From NCBI GenBank assembly GCA_016839555.1, contig JAEOUA010000006.1, forward strand, positions 160,001 to 224,000: DNA of 64,000 nucleotides, in the 5' to 3' direction. Shown here in pieces: positions 42,140-52,665 of this stretch; the first letter of the stretch is position 1; the number at the start of each line of letters is the position of its first letter. The notes under the pieces are model-generated. The model made no database searches. It worked only from the letters and a program-made list of their open reading frames with translations, and was not told the DNA's origin. The stretch comes from Promethearchaeota archaeon. Its GTDB lineage: Archaea; Asgardarchaeota; Lokiarchaeia; Sigyniarchaeales; SOKP01. Made by a program: the position numbers and the translations under genes.

Positions 42140-42486
42140 CGGACATAAATAAAATCGAAAAAATAATAAAGGATCGGGATAGCGCCAATAAATTTTTTAA
42201 CTCGATAAATTCAGAGGTGTATAGAGCCTTTTTGGATATGGAAAGCGCTACATATCGCACGGGAGTGTTAGAAAAGAAGTACAAGGAAATGATAGCCCTC
42301 GGAATTTCGGTAGTGATTAATTGTGAATCGTGTATGGAATGGCATACAAAGGAAGCATTAAGAGCCGGAGCGTCAAAAGAACAAATTATTGAAGCAATTG
42401 AAGTTGCAATCGAGATGGGAGGGGGTCCAGCTACGGTTGCCAGTAGGTTTGCTCTTAAGACGCTTGATTATCATACTAATAAATAA
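42130..42486 (+). CDS. Carboxymuconolactone decarboxylase/AhpD-family protein
   Basis: KYKEMIALGIS..NCESCMEWH...A..AGAS..EAIEVAIEMGGGPA. Confidence 0.88.
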   Translation: MDKTDINKIEKIIKDRDSANKFFNSINSEVYRAFLDMESATYRTGVLEKKYKEMIALGISVVINCESCMEWHTKEALRAGASKEQIIEAIEVAIEMGGGPATVASRFALKTLDYHTNK

Positions 42487-42582
42487 AAATAAAAAGTCGA
42501 ATATTCAAGTATTTTATTAATTTTTAATAAAAAAACTTTTAAATTTTGTATTTTCAATATTAAATGGAGTGAGATAAAAGAT

Positions 42583-43590
42583 ATGGAAAGTAATTTGACG
42601 GAAGGAGAATTTATCTGGGCAATTGGCGGCAAAATTGAGAATAAGTGCACGGTTGGTGATACCACTGTATATAATATCGATGCCGATGAATGGTATAGTA
42701 GCGAAAACGGGCAATTAGCACCGATGCCTCACCCCGTCCAAGGCGCTGGCTGGACCTTTTTTCAAGACAAAATTTTTTGTTTCGGGGGAAAAACCGAACC
42801 TCATAAGGGCTGCTGTGATTATGTTCAGGTCTACAGTTTGGAGGAGGATAAATGGGTGCTCTATGAGAAAATGCCGAAGGCGCGCAGTAAATTGGGGAAA
42901 TTTTATCCGGTGGTAGACGATCATTATATCTATCTTTTTGGAGGGGATGATGAGAAGGGGCCAGCGAGTCGCGTGAATTGGAATTGGAAATATAATCTAT
43001 TGAATGATGATTGGAATACTGAGGTGGCGGATGCTCCATATTCGCAGTCATTTCCTGTGCCCACCTACCATAATGGTTGGCTCTATTATTCTACAGGGAA
43101 CACGGGAAATGAACCAGAGCAAAATACTTACGCTGGGGCATTAAATCAGCGCTATAACATACAGACAGATCAATGGGAAATAATGGATCCATGTCCCATT
43201 CCCACCACTGACGGCTCTGGAGATAAATGGTGCGATGAAATGCATTATATTGGTGGATGGAACACGAATGAAGAATTTTATAACCCAGACAGAGAAAATT
43301 ATAAAGGTCCTGTTAAAAGGCAACATTTAATCTATAATTATGATTCTAATACCTGGCGATTTGAGGCAGAATTACCGGGAAATTGGCATCATGGGGGCAC
43401 CCGCGGCAGCAAGAATTTTCTCTGGCGATTTTTAGGCACTATTGATGAAGATATCGATATAAGGGATCACAATCCTCACTCAAATAAAATCCATCGATGG
43501 AATGGAAAAAAATGGACTGAAATGAAGGAGGCTCCAGTTCGGAAAATGAATTTTGGAACAATTTATACTACAATCGGGCCAAAGATTTAA
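42583..43590 (+). CDS. Kelch-repeat beta-propeller protein
   Basis: Repeated GG...Y...W units (IWAIGG, IFCFGG, IYLFGG, MHYIGG). Confidence 0.8.
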   Translation: MESNLTEGEFIWAIGGKIENKCTVGDTTVYNIDADEWYSSENGQLAPMPHPVQGAGWTFFQDKIFCFGGKTEPHKGCCDYVQVYSLEEDKWVLYEKMPKARSKLGKFYPVVDDHYIYLFGGDDEKGPASRVNWNWKYNLLNDDWNTEVADAPYSQSFPVPTYHNGWLYYSTGNTGNEPEQNTYAGALNQRYNIQTDQWEIMDPCPIPTTDGSGDKWCDEMHYIGGWNTNEEFYNPDRENYKGPVKRQHLIYNYDSNTWRFEAELPGNWHHGGTRGSKNFLWRFLGTIDEDIDIRDHNPHSNKIHRWNGKKWTEMKEAPVRKMNFGTIYTTIGPKI

Positions 43591-43591
43591 T

Positions 43592-45075
43592 TTATTTTTT
43601 TCTCTTTTGTACTCGTTTTGATTGTTTTTTGAGAACTCTATAAGTTAAATAGAGAGAAGGGATTAACAAAATATCTCGAATTCCGATAGTTGTGGAAAAA
43701 TTTGAGAGAGAATTTTTCAATTCGATAATAAATTCTCTAAATAATTGTCTACTTTTAATATCTCCTGTTTCTTCAATTGTTAATAGGAAATAAATTGAAA
43801 TTAAAGCAATAATAATAGATATAAAGAATAAAATGAATACCCCATTGAATGTAAAGGAGAATGGAATATAATTAAAGTTAAGATCAAATTCTGAGGGGTT
43901 TAGATAATCGAATATCACACCTCCAATGATTGGAGAAATCCCTAGCGATATAGAGGTAATTATAGTGGTAATAGCTAAATAGGAAGTTCCTTCTTCTTTT
44001 GGTGTCAATTTTAGGCTTATATTTCCTGTGGAAAGAATGATGCCTGATGTTGCTACACCTATGAATAGATATGTTACTACTAATAGTGATATTAAAATTA
44101 TACTATTATTTAAGATTGTTGTAAATGAGAATAGGAAAGTACAAAGTATAAATAGAGGACAGCATATTTTAAGCATAGTTTTATTACTATATTTGTCAGT
44201 AAGTCGACCAAATATCCTAAAGAAAATTATATTAGAAACTTGGCTGAGAATGGTTAAAGCCATTACAAAGGTTAACGGAAATTTCAAATTCATTAAAAGA
44301 TATACCGTAAAAAAAGGAGTAATTAAATTAAATCCAAAGCTCCAAAAAATTAAAAAAGTAAGAAGGCGTTTATAATTTTTATCTTTAAAGGGAGTTATTA
44401 CTATTTTTGAAAATCTCAATTTATTTTCACGTAGTTTCATAACAGGTTCAGGAACTTTAGATATAAAAAAGATACTTATCATTCCAAACATGAACGCGAT
44501 AAGAAATAAAAAAGAATAAGAGAAAAGTTCATGTTCAAGAAAGTTACTTTTCCAAAATTCAATAAAGTTAGCAGCGATTAAGCTTGTAAAGAGAATAAAT
44601 ATGGAAGAGATAAATTGTCGTTTGCCGAAAAACCTTCCCAATTCATTTTTCGGAACTAAATCATTCATCCAAGAAGTCCACGCCGTTTGACCTAGTGAAG
44701 AAAACAAATATCGTAGAATGAGAAATACCATAAAAAAAAAGAGAAGTAACTCTGATTGGAAAAAAAAAGGAATTAAAGCTATTAATAAAAGAGAGATTCT
44801 ATAAAAGAGGAGAAAAGAAATGGTGATTAATTTTCTTTTTCGAACTTTTTCAACCAAAAATACGGCAAAAATTTGACTTAATTGACAGAATGCAGGAATA
44901 GCAGCGATAAGCCCTGTAATTATAGGAGATGCTCCCATACTTAAGGCAAAAGCAATTAAAAAGTACCTGAAGTCAAGTTTACCATTATTTGGGAGGTAAA
45001 GCCATCGTTTAAAACATATTTAAGACCTTTTCGTACATCTTCTTGGGTTAAGGTTTCTTTTAGCAAGAATTTCAT
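43592..45075 (-). pseudogene. MFS transporter with a frameshift near the N-terminus
   Basis: From ATG 45075 the frame reads MKFLLKETLTQEDVRKGLKYVLNDGFTSQIMVNLTSGTF*. Adding one base to the A5 run at 44958-44962 restores ...GTFLIAFALSMGASP into ORF 43592-44938. Confidence 0.75.
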
Positions 45076-45370
45076 TGTATTATGAATTAAATTTCTTTTT
45101 ATTTTATACTTAAAAAAATGGTTGAAGTTCTTTTTAATATCTATCTAATTATTTAACTTATTCTTTATTATAATAAATAGATTTTAATATAATAAGATTT
45201 AAATAACAATTTTTACTTAATGAATATGGGTAAGAAAATGAGGTTTAAAAAAACATTTACACAAAATTATTCCAAAAAGCTCAATTTTATGGATTTTTAC
45301 CCACAAATTCAACGAGAGTAAATGTTATAATATAAACTTCCAGAAATAACTTTTCTGAGGTGTTATTATT

Positions 45371-47101
45371 TTGAATATAAATAAATTAAAATTCAAAAAA
45401 GAGAAAATTATACTTACAACGTGCATTGGTCAATGTGTTCATGTTGCTGGAACGCAAAATTTCATTAATATCGCAGAAAAATTAGGGTTTAAATGTGTTT
45501 TTTTAGGTCCAGCTAGACCTATTTCAGAAGTGATAGAAGCTATTAAATTGTACAATCCTGAAATAATTGGATTAAGTTATCGATTAACGGCTTCTACAGT
45601 AAAACCACTACTCGAGGAATTTTTTAAAAAGATTGAAAGATTAGACCAACCCCCTGGTAAATTAATTTTTGCTGGAACTCCAGAAGTAGTGGAAATTGCT
45701 AAAAAATTTAAGAGGTTTGATCATTATTTTGTTGGAGGAGAACCACGGTATGAAATTATTTCTGTTTTAAAAAATTCTGAAACTAATGCTGAGGGATTAT
45801 TGGAGATTCCTTCGAATCTTATATCTCGGATAGAATGGAAAAAACCATTTCCCTTGTTCAGAGCCCATTTTGGTCTTCCCAGTTTAGAAAAAACAATTGA
45901 TGGGATTAAAAAAATAGCACGGGCAAAAGTATTAGATGTAATTTCTATAGCGCCCGATCAAAACACACAAGAGAATTTTTTTCATCCAGAGGACCAGAAT
46001 AAAGAATCATCTGGAGCAGGAGGGGTTCCTTTAAGAAGTTCTGAAGATTTTAAGAAATTAGACAAGGCTCGGTTATGTGGCAACAAACCATTATTACGAA
46101 TTTATGCCGGAACACGAGATTTCATAAAATTAGCAGAACTCTATCAAAAAACGATAAAAAACGCATGGGCTGCGATACCAATTTTTTGGTTTAATCAAAT
46201 GGATGGAAGGGGGCCTTTAACTTTAAAGGAATCCATTAAACAACATTTAGAAGCAATTAAATGGCATGGAGATCATTCTATTCCTGTTGAAATGAATGAT
46301 CCGCATCAATGGAGTCTTAGAAATGCACCAGATGCGATCGCCGTCGCGGATATGTATTTATGTGGAATAATTGCGAAAAAATTAGGAGTAAAACATTTTG
46401 TTGCTCAATATATGTTTAATACCCCGCCGAATCTCTCTTTTGACATGGATTTAGCCAAAATGTTAGCTAAAAATGAGCTATTACTGTCTCTTCAGGATGA
46501 TTCCTTTCGAATTATAAAACAAGTCAGAACAGGGTTAGCAAGTTTTCCATTAAACTTGAATAAGGCGAAAGGACAGTTAGCAGCAGCTACTTTGATCCAA
46601 TTACTATTAAAGCCTGATATAATACATATTGTTAGTTTTTCAGAAGCATCACATGCGGCATTACCAGAAGATATTATTGAGAGTTGCGATATTGTAGATC
46701 AAGTTGTCCATCGAATGTATTCAAGTAATATAACCTTTCATAATAAGCAAATCGAAAAAAGAAAACAATCTTTAATCCAACAAGCACAATGGATTATAAA
46801 TCTAATTCCAAATTTAGCCAAAGATCCTGAAGAACAACGGAATCCGTGGACAAACCCTAATGTCTTGACTCATTTAGTCAAATATGGAATCTTTGATGCG
46901 CCACATTTGATAAATAATCTATTCGCTAAGGGAGAAATCAAAACAGACCTAATAGATGGGGCATGTTGTTCTATTGATAATTGCCTTCAAGAACCCATTA
47001 ATGAAATAGAAAGAATTACAAAAATTTTAAGTAATTTGAAAGAATTTAATTTTAATAATCTTATAATTAAGGAGTTATCTAAACAGGAGGTGATAAATTG
47101 A
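45371..47101 (+). CDS. Cobalamin-binding domain protein with a large C-terminal putative catalytic domain
   Basis: N-terminal B12-binding motif CVHVAG...FLGP...IIGLSYRLT. Confidence 0.75.
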   Translation: MNINKLKFKKEKIILTTCIGQCVHVAGTQNFINIAEKLGFKCVFLGPARPISEVIEAIKLYNPEIIGLSYRLTASTVKPLLEEFFKKIERLDQPPGKLIFAGTPEVVEIAKKFKRFDHYFVGGEPRYEIISVLKNSETNAEGLLEIPSNLISRIEWKKPFPLFRAHFGLPSLEKTIDGIKKIARAKVLDVISIAPDQNTQENFFHPEDQNKESSGAGGVPLRSSEDFKKLDKARLCGNKPLLRIYAGTRDFIKLAELYQKTIKNAWAAIPIFWFNQMDGRGPLTLKESIKQHLEAIKWHGDHSIPVEMNDPHQWSLRNAPDAIAVADMYLCGIIAKKLGVKHFVAQYMFNTPPNLSFDMDLAKMLAKNELLLSLQDDSFRIIKQVRTGLASFPLNLNKAKGQLAAATLIQLLLKPDIIHIVSFSEASHAALPEDIIESCDIVDQVVHRMYSSNITFHNKQIEKRKQSLIQQAQWIINLIPNLAKDPEEQRNPWTNPNVLTHLVKYGIFDAPHLINNLFAKGEIKTDLIDGACCSIDNCLQEPINEIERITKILSNLKEFNFNNLIIKELSKQEVIN

Positions 47102-48210
47102 TGAAATTTTGTGTAATTGGAGCAGGTTCAGGAGGAAGAGCTTTTGCTGCGTATTTGGCATCGAAAGGATGTCATGTGCATCTTTATAATCGCTCTTTTT
47201 CAAGAATCGAACATATAAAAAAGAAAGGTGGTATTAAAGCAAAAGGGGCCGTAAAGGGTTTTTTTCCACTTAAAAAAATTACAATTAATTTGGAGTCCGC
47301 AGTAAAAGATGTAGATATTATAATGATTGCAATTCCCGCTTCAGGACATAGAGATATAGCAAAAAAACTAGTGCCTTATTTGTCACAAGACCAAATAGTA
47401 ATACTTAATCCTGGTAGAACATTTGGCGCTGTTGAATTTAAAAGAGTGATTGAAAAAAGACGGAGCGGATTAAATATTTTTATTGCCGAAACGCAAACTC
47501 TTTTATTTACAACTAGGGCATTGAAGAGGCATGGAGTTAGAATATTCAAGATAAAAGAATCTATTAAATTTTCTACTTTTCCTGAAAGATATAATTTTTT
47601 CATCGAAGATACATTAAAAGACATCTTTCCACAATTCCAATCTGTTGATAACTATTTTGAACTTACCTTAAATAATGTGGGGATGCTACTACATCCAACA
47701 ATAACGTTATTAAATTCAGGAGCTATTGAAACCGGCAAGGAATTTAAATATTACAGGGAGGGGGCAACAAAAAGCATTTGTAAAATCCTTGAATCAATAC
47801 AATTTGAAATTAATCAAATTCTCATGAAAATAGGTTTAAAAAGATTTGATTTTTGTTGTTGGGCCACTCAAGTATATGGAGTTTCTGGAAAAACGATTTA
47901 TGATACGATCCAAAAAATTGAGGCATATAAAGAAATTGAATCTCCTTCAAAATTAAAAACGAGATATTTTACTGAAGATGTACCCACCGGTCTTGTCCCT
48001 TTGGCCTCTTTGGGTAAGTTTTTAGATGTTGATACCCCCACAATTGATTCAATAATTCATTTATCAAGTATTTTATGTGGTGTTGATTTTTGGGAAGAAG
48101 GACGAGATATTGAAACATTAAACCTTATCGCTTTATTGAAAGATGAATTAACCCAAAAAGATGTAATAACAAAAGTATATAATAAAAAAGAAATATCTTA
48201 TATAATATAA
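47098..48210 (+). CDS. NAD(P)-dependent opine (octopine/nopaline) dehydrogenase family
   Basis: GAGSGG, LNPGRTFG, LNNVGMLLHP, RYFTEDVPTGL; overlaps the upstream stop codon. Confidence 0.85.
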   Translation: MMKFCVIGAGSGGRAFAAYLASKGCHVHLYNRSFSRIEHIKKKGGIKAKGAVKGFFPLKKITINLESAVKDVDIIMIAIPASGHRDIAKKLVPYLSQDQIVILNPGRTFGAVEFKRVIEKRRSGLNIFIAETQTLLFTTRALKRHGVRIFKIKESIKFSTFPERYNFFIEDTLKDIFPQFQSVDNYFELTLNNVGMLLHPTITLLNSGAIETGKEFKYYREGATKSICKILESIQFEINQILMKIGLKRFDFCCWATQVYGVSGKTIYDTIQKIEAYKEIESPSKLKTRYFTEDVPTGLVPLASLGKFLDVDTPTIDSIIHLSSILCGVDFWEEGRDIETLNLIALLKDELTQKDVITKVYNKKEISYII

Positions 48211-48294
48211 TTTTTTTTTTAAGAAGCAACTCATTTTTTTATTAGAGTAAAAATCTAACAGGTAACAAAACAGAATGAAACATTAATCATAAAT

Positions 48295-49059
48295 TTAATA
48301 ATAGCCTGCCATTTTAAAGCATATAATTCCACCAAATTGGTCGATACGCTTCCCAGCGGGACTTTCCCCGAAAATAACTTTAGTTATAATTCCTTTATTC
48401 TCTGCAATTTGTTTAAGCCGATAAATTCGGTTTTTATTTTCATGATTTTCGAGAAATTCATCCGTTAAAAGAAGGTAATCGACTTTTTCTGCAATTGAAT
48501 TATCTTTTTTCCCGCCTTCATAAATTAGATTCTCTATCTCTTTTAATCCATACACAACTAATATATTCGGATTATTTGCGTTGATGGATTTTTCAAGTTC
48601 TTTAATTAAAAAATAAGCTTCTTCTGAAGTTATACGTTTAATTATTTTCTGGGTTTTTTCTTGCTCTATGAGATAACGTACTCCACTTAATTCATTAGCA
48701 TTTCCAGCAATCTGCCCAAATACTACTTGTTTACTTCCTTTTGAATCTATGAGCCAGCGATGATGTTTTTGTATATGCTCCAAAAATTTAGTTGTGCAAT
48801 TGGATCCCTGAGGTTCTGCCAGAAGGACGCTTTTTAAACCCGAATCCATCAAAAATCTTAAGAGATCGATTAAATCTTCATAAAAGTGATACATATCCTT
48901 TTCACTGGTATGCTTCCATTTTCTAGGTAATTTCATAGTCTTATATTTTCTCACCGTTTCACTAAAGACCTTCCATATATGAATTGCTTGCTCATCACAT
49001 CCCACTAAAATGCAGACCGCAAATCCGCGTTTTTTATTTTTCTTTTTCCTTTTACCCAT
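48295..49059 (-). CDS. Pelota/eRF1 domain 2-3 protein lacking the N-terminal domain
   Basis: VVYGLKE, LLLTDEF, ESPAGKRIDQFGGI. Likely start is ATG 49059. Confidence 0.6.
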   Translation of the reverse strand: MGKRKKKNKKRGFAVCILVGCDEQAIHIWKVFSETVRKYKTMKLPRKWKHTSEKDMYHFYEDLIDLLRFLMDSGLKSVLLAEPQGSNCTTKFLEHIQKHHRWLIDSKGSKQVVFGQIAGNANELSGVRYLIEQEKTQKIIKRITSEEAYFLIKELEKSINANNPNILVVYGLKEIENLIYEGGKKDNSIAEKVDYLLLTDEFLENHENKNRIYRLKQIAENKGIITKVIFGESPAGKRIDQFGGIICFKMAGYY

Positions 49060-49251
49060 TGTAATTATCAAAGAGTAATAAGTCAAAAACATTTTGGCTT
49101 ATATTTTAAGAAGATTATAGTTTAACGGTAATGAATAATTGCGGTAATTTTTTTTTTGATTCTTTAAAATTTTATCAAATTATTTAGTAGATAATATTAT
49201 AGATTTTTTTTCTAAACTCTCAGGTAGTTCTCTTTTATTAGAAAATAAGAA

Positions 49252-49277
49252 GATATAAATATGTGTATGTGTATGTG
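49252..49277 (+). promoter_or_regulatory. TATA box followed by a 3x TATGTG direct repeat (candidate VapBC operator)
   Basis: GATATAAAT, then TATGTG-TATGTG-TATGTG at 49260-49277, 6 nt before ATG 49284. Confidence 0.45.
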
Positions 49278-49283
49278 CAATAT

Positions 49284-49517
49284 ATGGGATCAAAAAATAT
49301 TAGTATTACAGAGGATGTTTATAATAAATTAATAAAAATAAAGAAGGAAGATGAAAGTTTCTCTGAATTATTTTTAAGATTACTCAATTCGCAAAAAAGT
49401 AATATAGAGGATGCATTTGGAGCTTGGAATCTCACAGAAGAAGAGAAAAGGGATATTTGGGATGATATAACGAAAAGAGAAGGAAGAAAATGGCAAAAAT
49501 CTAGCTTCGAGGAGTAA
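49284..49517 (+). CDS. vapB: Antitoxin VapB (DUF217-like)
   Basis: MGSKNISITEDVYNKLIKIKKEDESFSELFLRLL; directly upstream of a PIN toxin. Confidence 0.85.
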   Translation: MGSKNISITEDVYNKLIKIKKEDESFSELFLRLLNSQKSNIEDAFGAWNLTEEEKRDIWDDITKREGRKWQKSSFEE

Positions 49518-49519
49518 AA

Positions 49520-49927
49520 ATGATTGTTTTGGATACAGTTGCCTGTATTGATTATTTAAATGGAGATGGAGACTTAAAAAGTCTTTTAGGCAAACAGGAG
49601 GACTTTTTGCTAATAACCGCAATTACTATATATGAAATAAATATTGGTTTAGAGAAGACAAGAAGAAAAATATCAGAAGAACGTTATAGAAAACTTAATA
49701 ATAAATGGATTAAGTTCATATCCGGGATGCAAATTTTAGCTCTTGGATTCAAAGAGGCAAAGAAATCAGCTGAGATATATGATGAATTAGTTTCTAAAGG
49801 ACAAATAATTGATGATAATGATATTTTAATAGCAGGTATTATGCTAGCTAATGGAATCATTAAAATCATTACAAGGAATATAGACCATTTTAATAGAATA
49901 GCATCTTTGGACGTATTATCTTATTAA
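49520..49927 (+). CDS. vapC: PIN-domain toxin VapC
   Basis: IVLDTV, TIYEI, DILIAG, ITRNIDHF. Confidence 0.9.
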   Translation: MIVLDTVACIDYLNGDGDLKSLLGKQEDFLLITAITIYEINIGLEKTRRKISEERYRKLNNKWIKFISGMQILALGFKEAKKSAEIYDELVSKGQIIDDNDILIAGIMLANGIIKIITRNIDHFNRIASLDVLSY

Positions 49928-49965
49928 ACTAAATTTATATTTTTGATTGTCTCCTTTTAGGTTTT

Positions 49966-51230
49966 TTAAAAAACTGTGATTAGATAATATACCCGGATGA
50001 TTAGGATTACAGTGAATAATACTGATTGTATGATAAATTTTGGTACAAGAGAGAAGAAGATAATAAGAAGAATTTTCAGCGAAAAGGCTAAGCTAATAAC
50101 GATGAGAGCCCTTACTTGGACTTTTTTCGAGTGGCTTTCTTTATATAAATTTTCTCCACAAATTACCAGAGCAATCCCGAAAATAGTATTATATATATTA
50201 ACATTTCATAGTCCGGACTGCCCGTTATAAATCCCATATAAGCTAATAAATATAAAAGATATCCCAATCCTAAGCCTCTAATCATAACTACCGTAAGATA
50301 GTCGAATTTTTCAACAGTATTCATGGCTTCAAACCTTATTTTTGAAGTAAAGAATATATAAAAAGTAAATAAATTCATTACGATTACAATAATCATTAAA
50401 ATATTGATATATAATTTGCCTTGGGCGACGCCCCACATCATTAATATGAAATAGGTAATAGAATTCAAAAATGTAATGGTAGCAGAAGTAATAATTACCG
50501 ATGTTTCAAGCGTTAAATTATATTTAGATAGTTTCATAAGCTTATGAGAACGTACCAGAAAAAGAAAGGCAAAAATTAATGCCGTTACTAAAATTTCAAT
50601 CGCTGGAGCTAATTCTAACCTTAATGCTAGTAACCCTATAATTACGTGGAATATACCTGCAAGAAAGAAAATTTTCGAGGCTATACTTATTTTTTTAGTA
50701 TTTTTTTTGATAAAGGAGTGCTTTTGCTCGATAATAGATACTGATTCTGAATCATCATCGAAAAAGGAAAATAATTTACGGAGAATTTTTATACTTAAAA
50801 TCCCAGAGAGATTAATTTTTCCAGAAAATAATTTTTTCATCAGATCACGTCGATCAAGCGTCCCTTCTGAAAGTCTCTTAAAGATTGAGAGGGGTGCTAT
50901 TAATTTTTGGTCCCATCCTATTTGCTTTTTCTTTAAGGAGTCTGAATCTTTCTCGACTAAGCTTTCTATATTAATAGTTCCTTTCTCAATTATGAGTAAA
51001 ACGGCACCATGTCCATCGGATGTATGTAAGAGAATTTTAAAATTAAGATCTTGGGCAAATATCTTGAATTTTTCATTTGAATTTAATGGATATAGTATTT
51101 TCTTTAGGAATACTGCGAATTTATTTGCTGCAGTCTCTAAGGATTGTCCCTCACTTGGATTTTCCTCAAAATTTTTTCTAATATCCATTTCCCATTCCTT
51201 GAGTGTGTATATTTCTTTTACTTCTTTCAT
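49966..51230 (-). pseudogene. SCP2-like domain plus multi-TM protein, frameshifted near the 3' end
   Basis: SCP2-like KKLFSGKINLSG followed by TM helices. After a shift at ~50190 another frame continues IFGIALVICGENLY...IRVYYLITVF to TAA 49966. Confidence 0.55.
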
Positions 51231-52500
51231 TTTTAATGGATTTGATTCTTGATTTGATCTGCTTGGCGCCATTATTTAAAATATTACGCACTATGAATGA
51301 GGGTTCTTGTATTGCTTTTTCTTTTAAAATCTTATTTTTTAGGATTAACGTATCGAGATATAACTCCTCATCAATTAATCTATGGCCTTTTATAAGAATA
51401 TCAAGGATATATAGAGCTAATTGATATTTATTATTATCTAGGAGCATCTTAGCATGATTATAATACTTATGAGCATTATTCAATTTTAAAAATTCTATTG
51501 CTATTTCCTCTGATTTTGCGGGAAAGAGGTCGGAGGGGTTTCCAGAATCATACCAACCATGATATAATCGATATACAGCATGAATAGCGAATCTATAATC
51601 TCCATAAAGCGGTTTAAGATAGTCATGAGCTTTAAATTTCTCAGGATATATTTCCAGCATTTCATGGAAAATTTGCTCAAACCATTTTCCTTCATTTAAT
51701 CGCTGTACTACCTCATCATGAACAAAATGCATCGCTTCCGCAGTAATTTCTAATACATCTCTTACTTTTTCTTTTCCCTCAATGAGCGGTCCATGCCCTG
51801 GAATTATATACTTCGCGTCTTTTTGCAAAATATGTTCCATGGCGAGCGCCCAGTGTTTTGGATATCTTTGCACCTTATAGGGATTTCCCACATTGGGATA
51901 AGAAGATATCATAAGATCTCCTGAGCATACCAATTCTTTTTCAGAGACCCATAACCATAGGGAATCATCAGTCTCTCCCTTATCATGATTTAATTCAAAT
52001 TCAAGTCCCCCTAATTCAAATCGATAAGGTGTTTTCCCATCAAGGATAATAGTTGGTTCTAAGACATCATGAGGAGATACTACTTCATCTTGACTTCCCG
52101 CAACTGACGCGAATTGTTGAGCGTTCAGCCACTTATGATACTCATCCAGCATTTGATATTTTGCAAATCGATTTAGGCAATTTTCATGTGCAATAATCTG
52201 GGGCATTTCCCATCCATTTTCCTTGATTTCTGAAATAAAGGGTTCAAACCCATAGCAATGGTCGAAATGCCCATGACTGTAGATTAAATATTTGATTGGT
52301 TTCTGAGTAATATCTCTAACAGCCTGAAAGTTTCGAGGACCATATTGTTTTAATGCGATATCAAACACCACCAACCCTTCATCAGTTTCAATAATGCCCA
52401 TATTTCCGAATGAGGGAATTAAATGGCATGTATTATCATTAAAGCTCTTCTGGGGAAACATTCCGACAAAAAATTTTATATCATTTTGAGAATAACTCAT
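51178..52500 (-). CDS. Alkyl-sulfatase-like metallo-beta-lactamase fold hydrolase
   Basis: YSHGHFDH, KGETDD, PNVGNPYKVQRY, IPGHG, YHGWYDSGNPSDL. Confidence 0.85.
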   Translation of the reverse strand: MSYSQNDIKFFVGMFPQKSFNDNTCHLIPSFGNMGIIETDEGLVVFDIALKQYGPRNFQAVRDITQKPIKYLIYSHGHFDHCYGFEPFISEIKENGWEMPQIIAHENCLNRFAKYQMLDEYHKWLNAQQFASVAGSQDEVVSPHDVLEPTIILDGKTPYRFELGGLEFELNHDKGETDDSLWLWVSEKELVCSGDLMISSYPNVGNPYKVQRYPKHWALAMEHILQKDAKYIIPGHGPLIEGKEKVRDVLEITAEAMHFVHDEVVQRLNEGKWFEQIFHEMLEIYPEKFKAHDYLKPLYGDYRFAIHAVYRLYHGWYDSGNPSDLFPAKSEEIAIEFLKLNNAHKYYNHAKMLLDNNKYQLALYILDILIKGHRLIDEELYLDTLILKNKILKEKAIQEPSFIVRNILNNGAKQIKSRIKSIKNERSKRNIHTQGMGNGY

Positions 52501-52665
52501 ATATTATCCTCTCATATTCTTTCTATTTCTTTTTTTAATTTTATTTCTTATTTCATATTTCTTTTCTTTTATTTTATAATGGTGCTTATTTTTGTTATTA
52601 TATTTATTTTAGGGATTTAGTTAAATAAAGCTAAATTATTATATTATTTAATTATCGAAAAATAA

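Noticed and set aside
45076-45370. Cobalamin riboswitch upstream of the B12-binding gene
   Set aside because: The region is extremely AT-rich with no B12-box; there is only a weak, widely spaced TGGGTAA/TTACCCA inverted pair.
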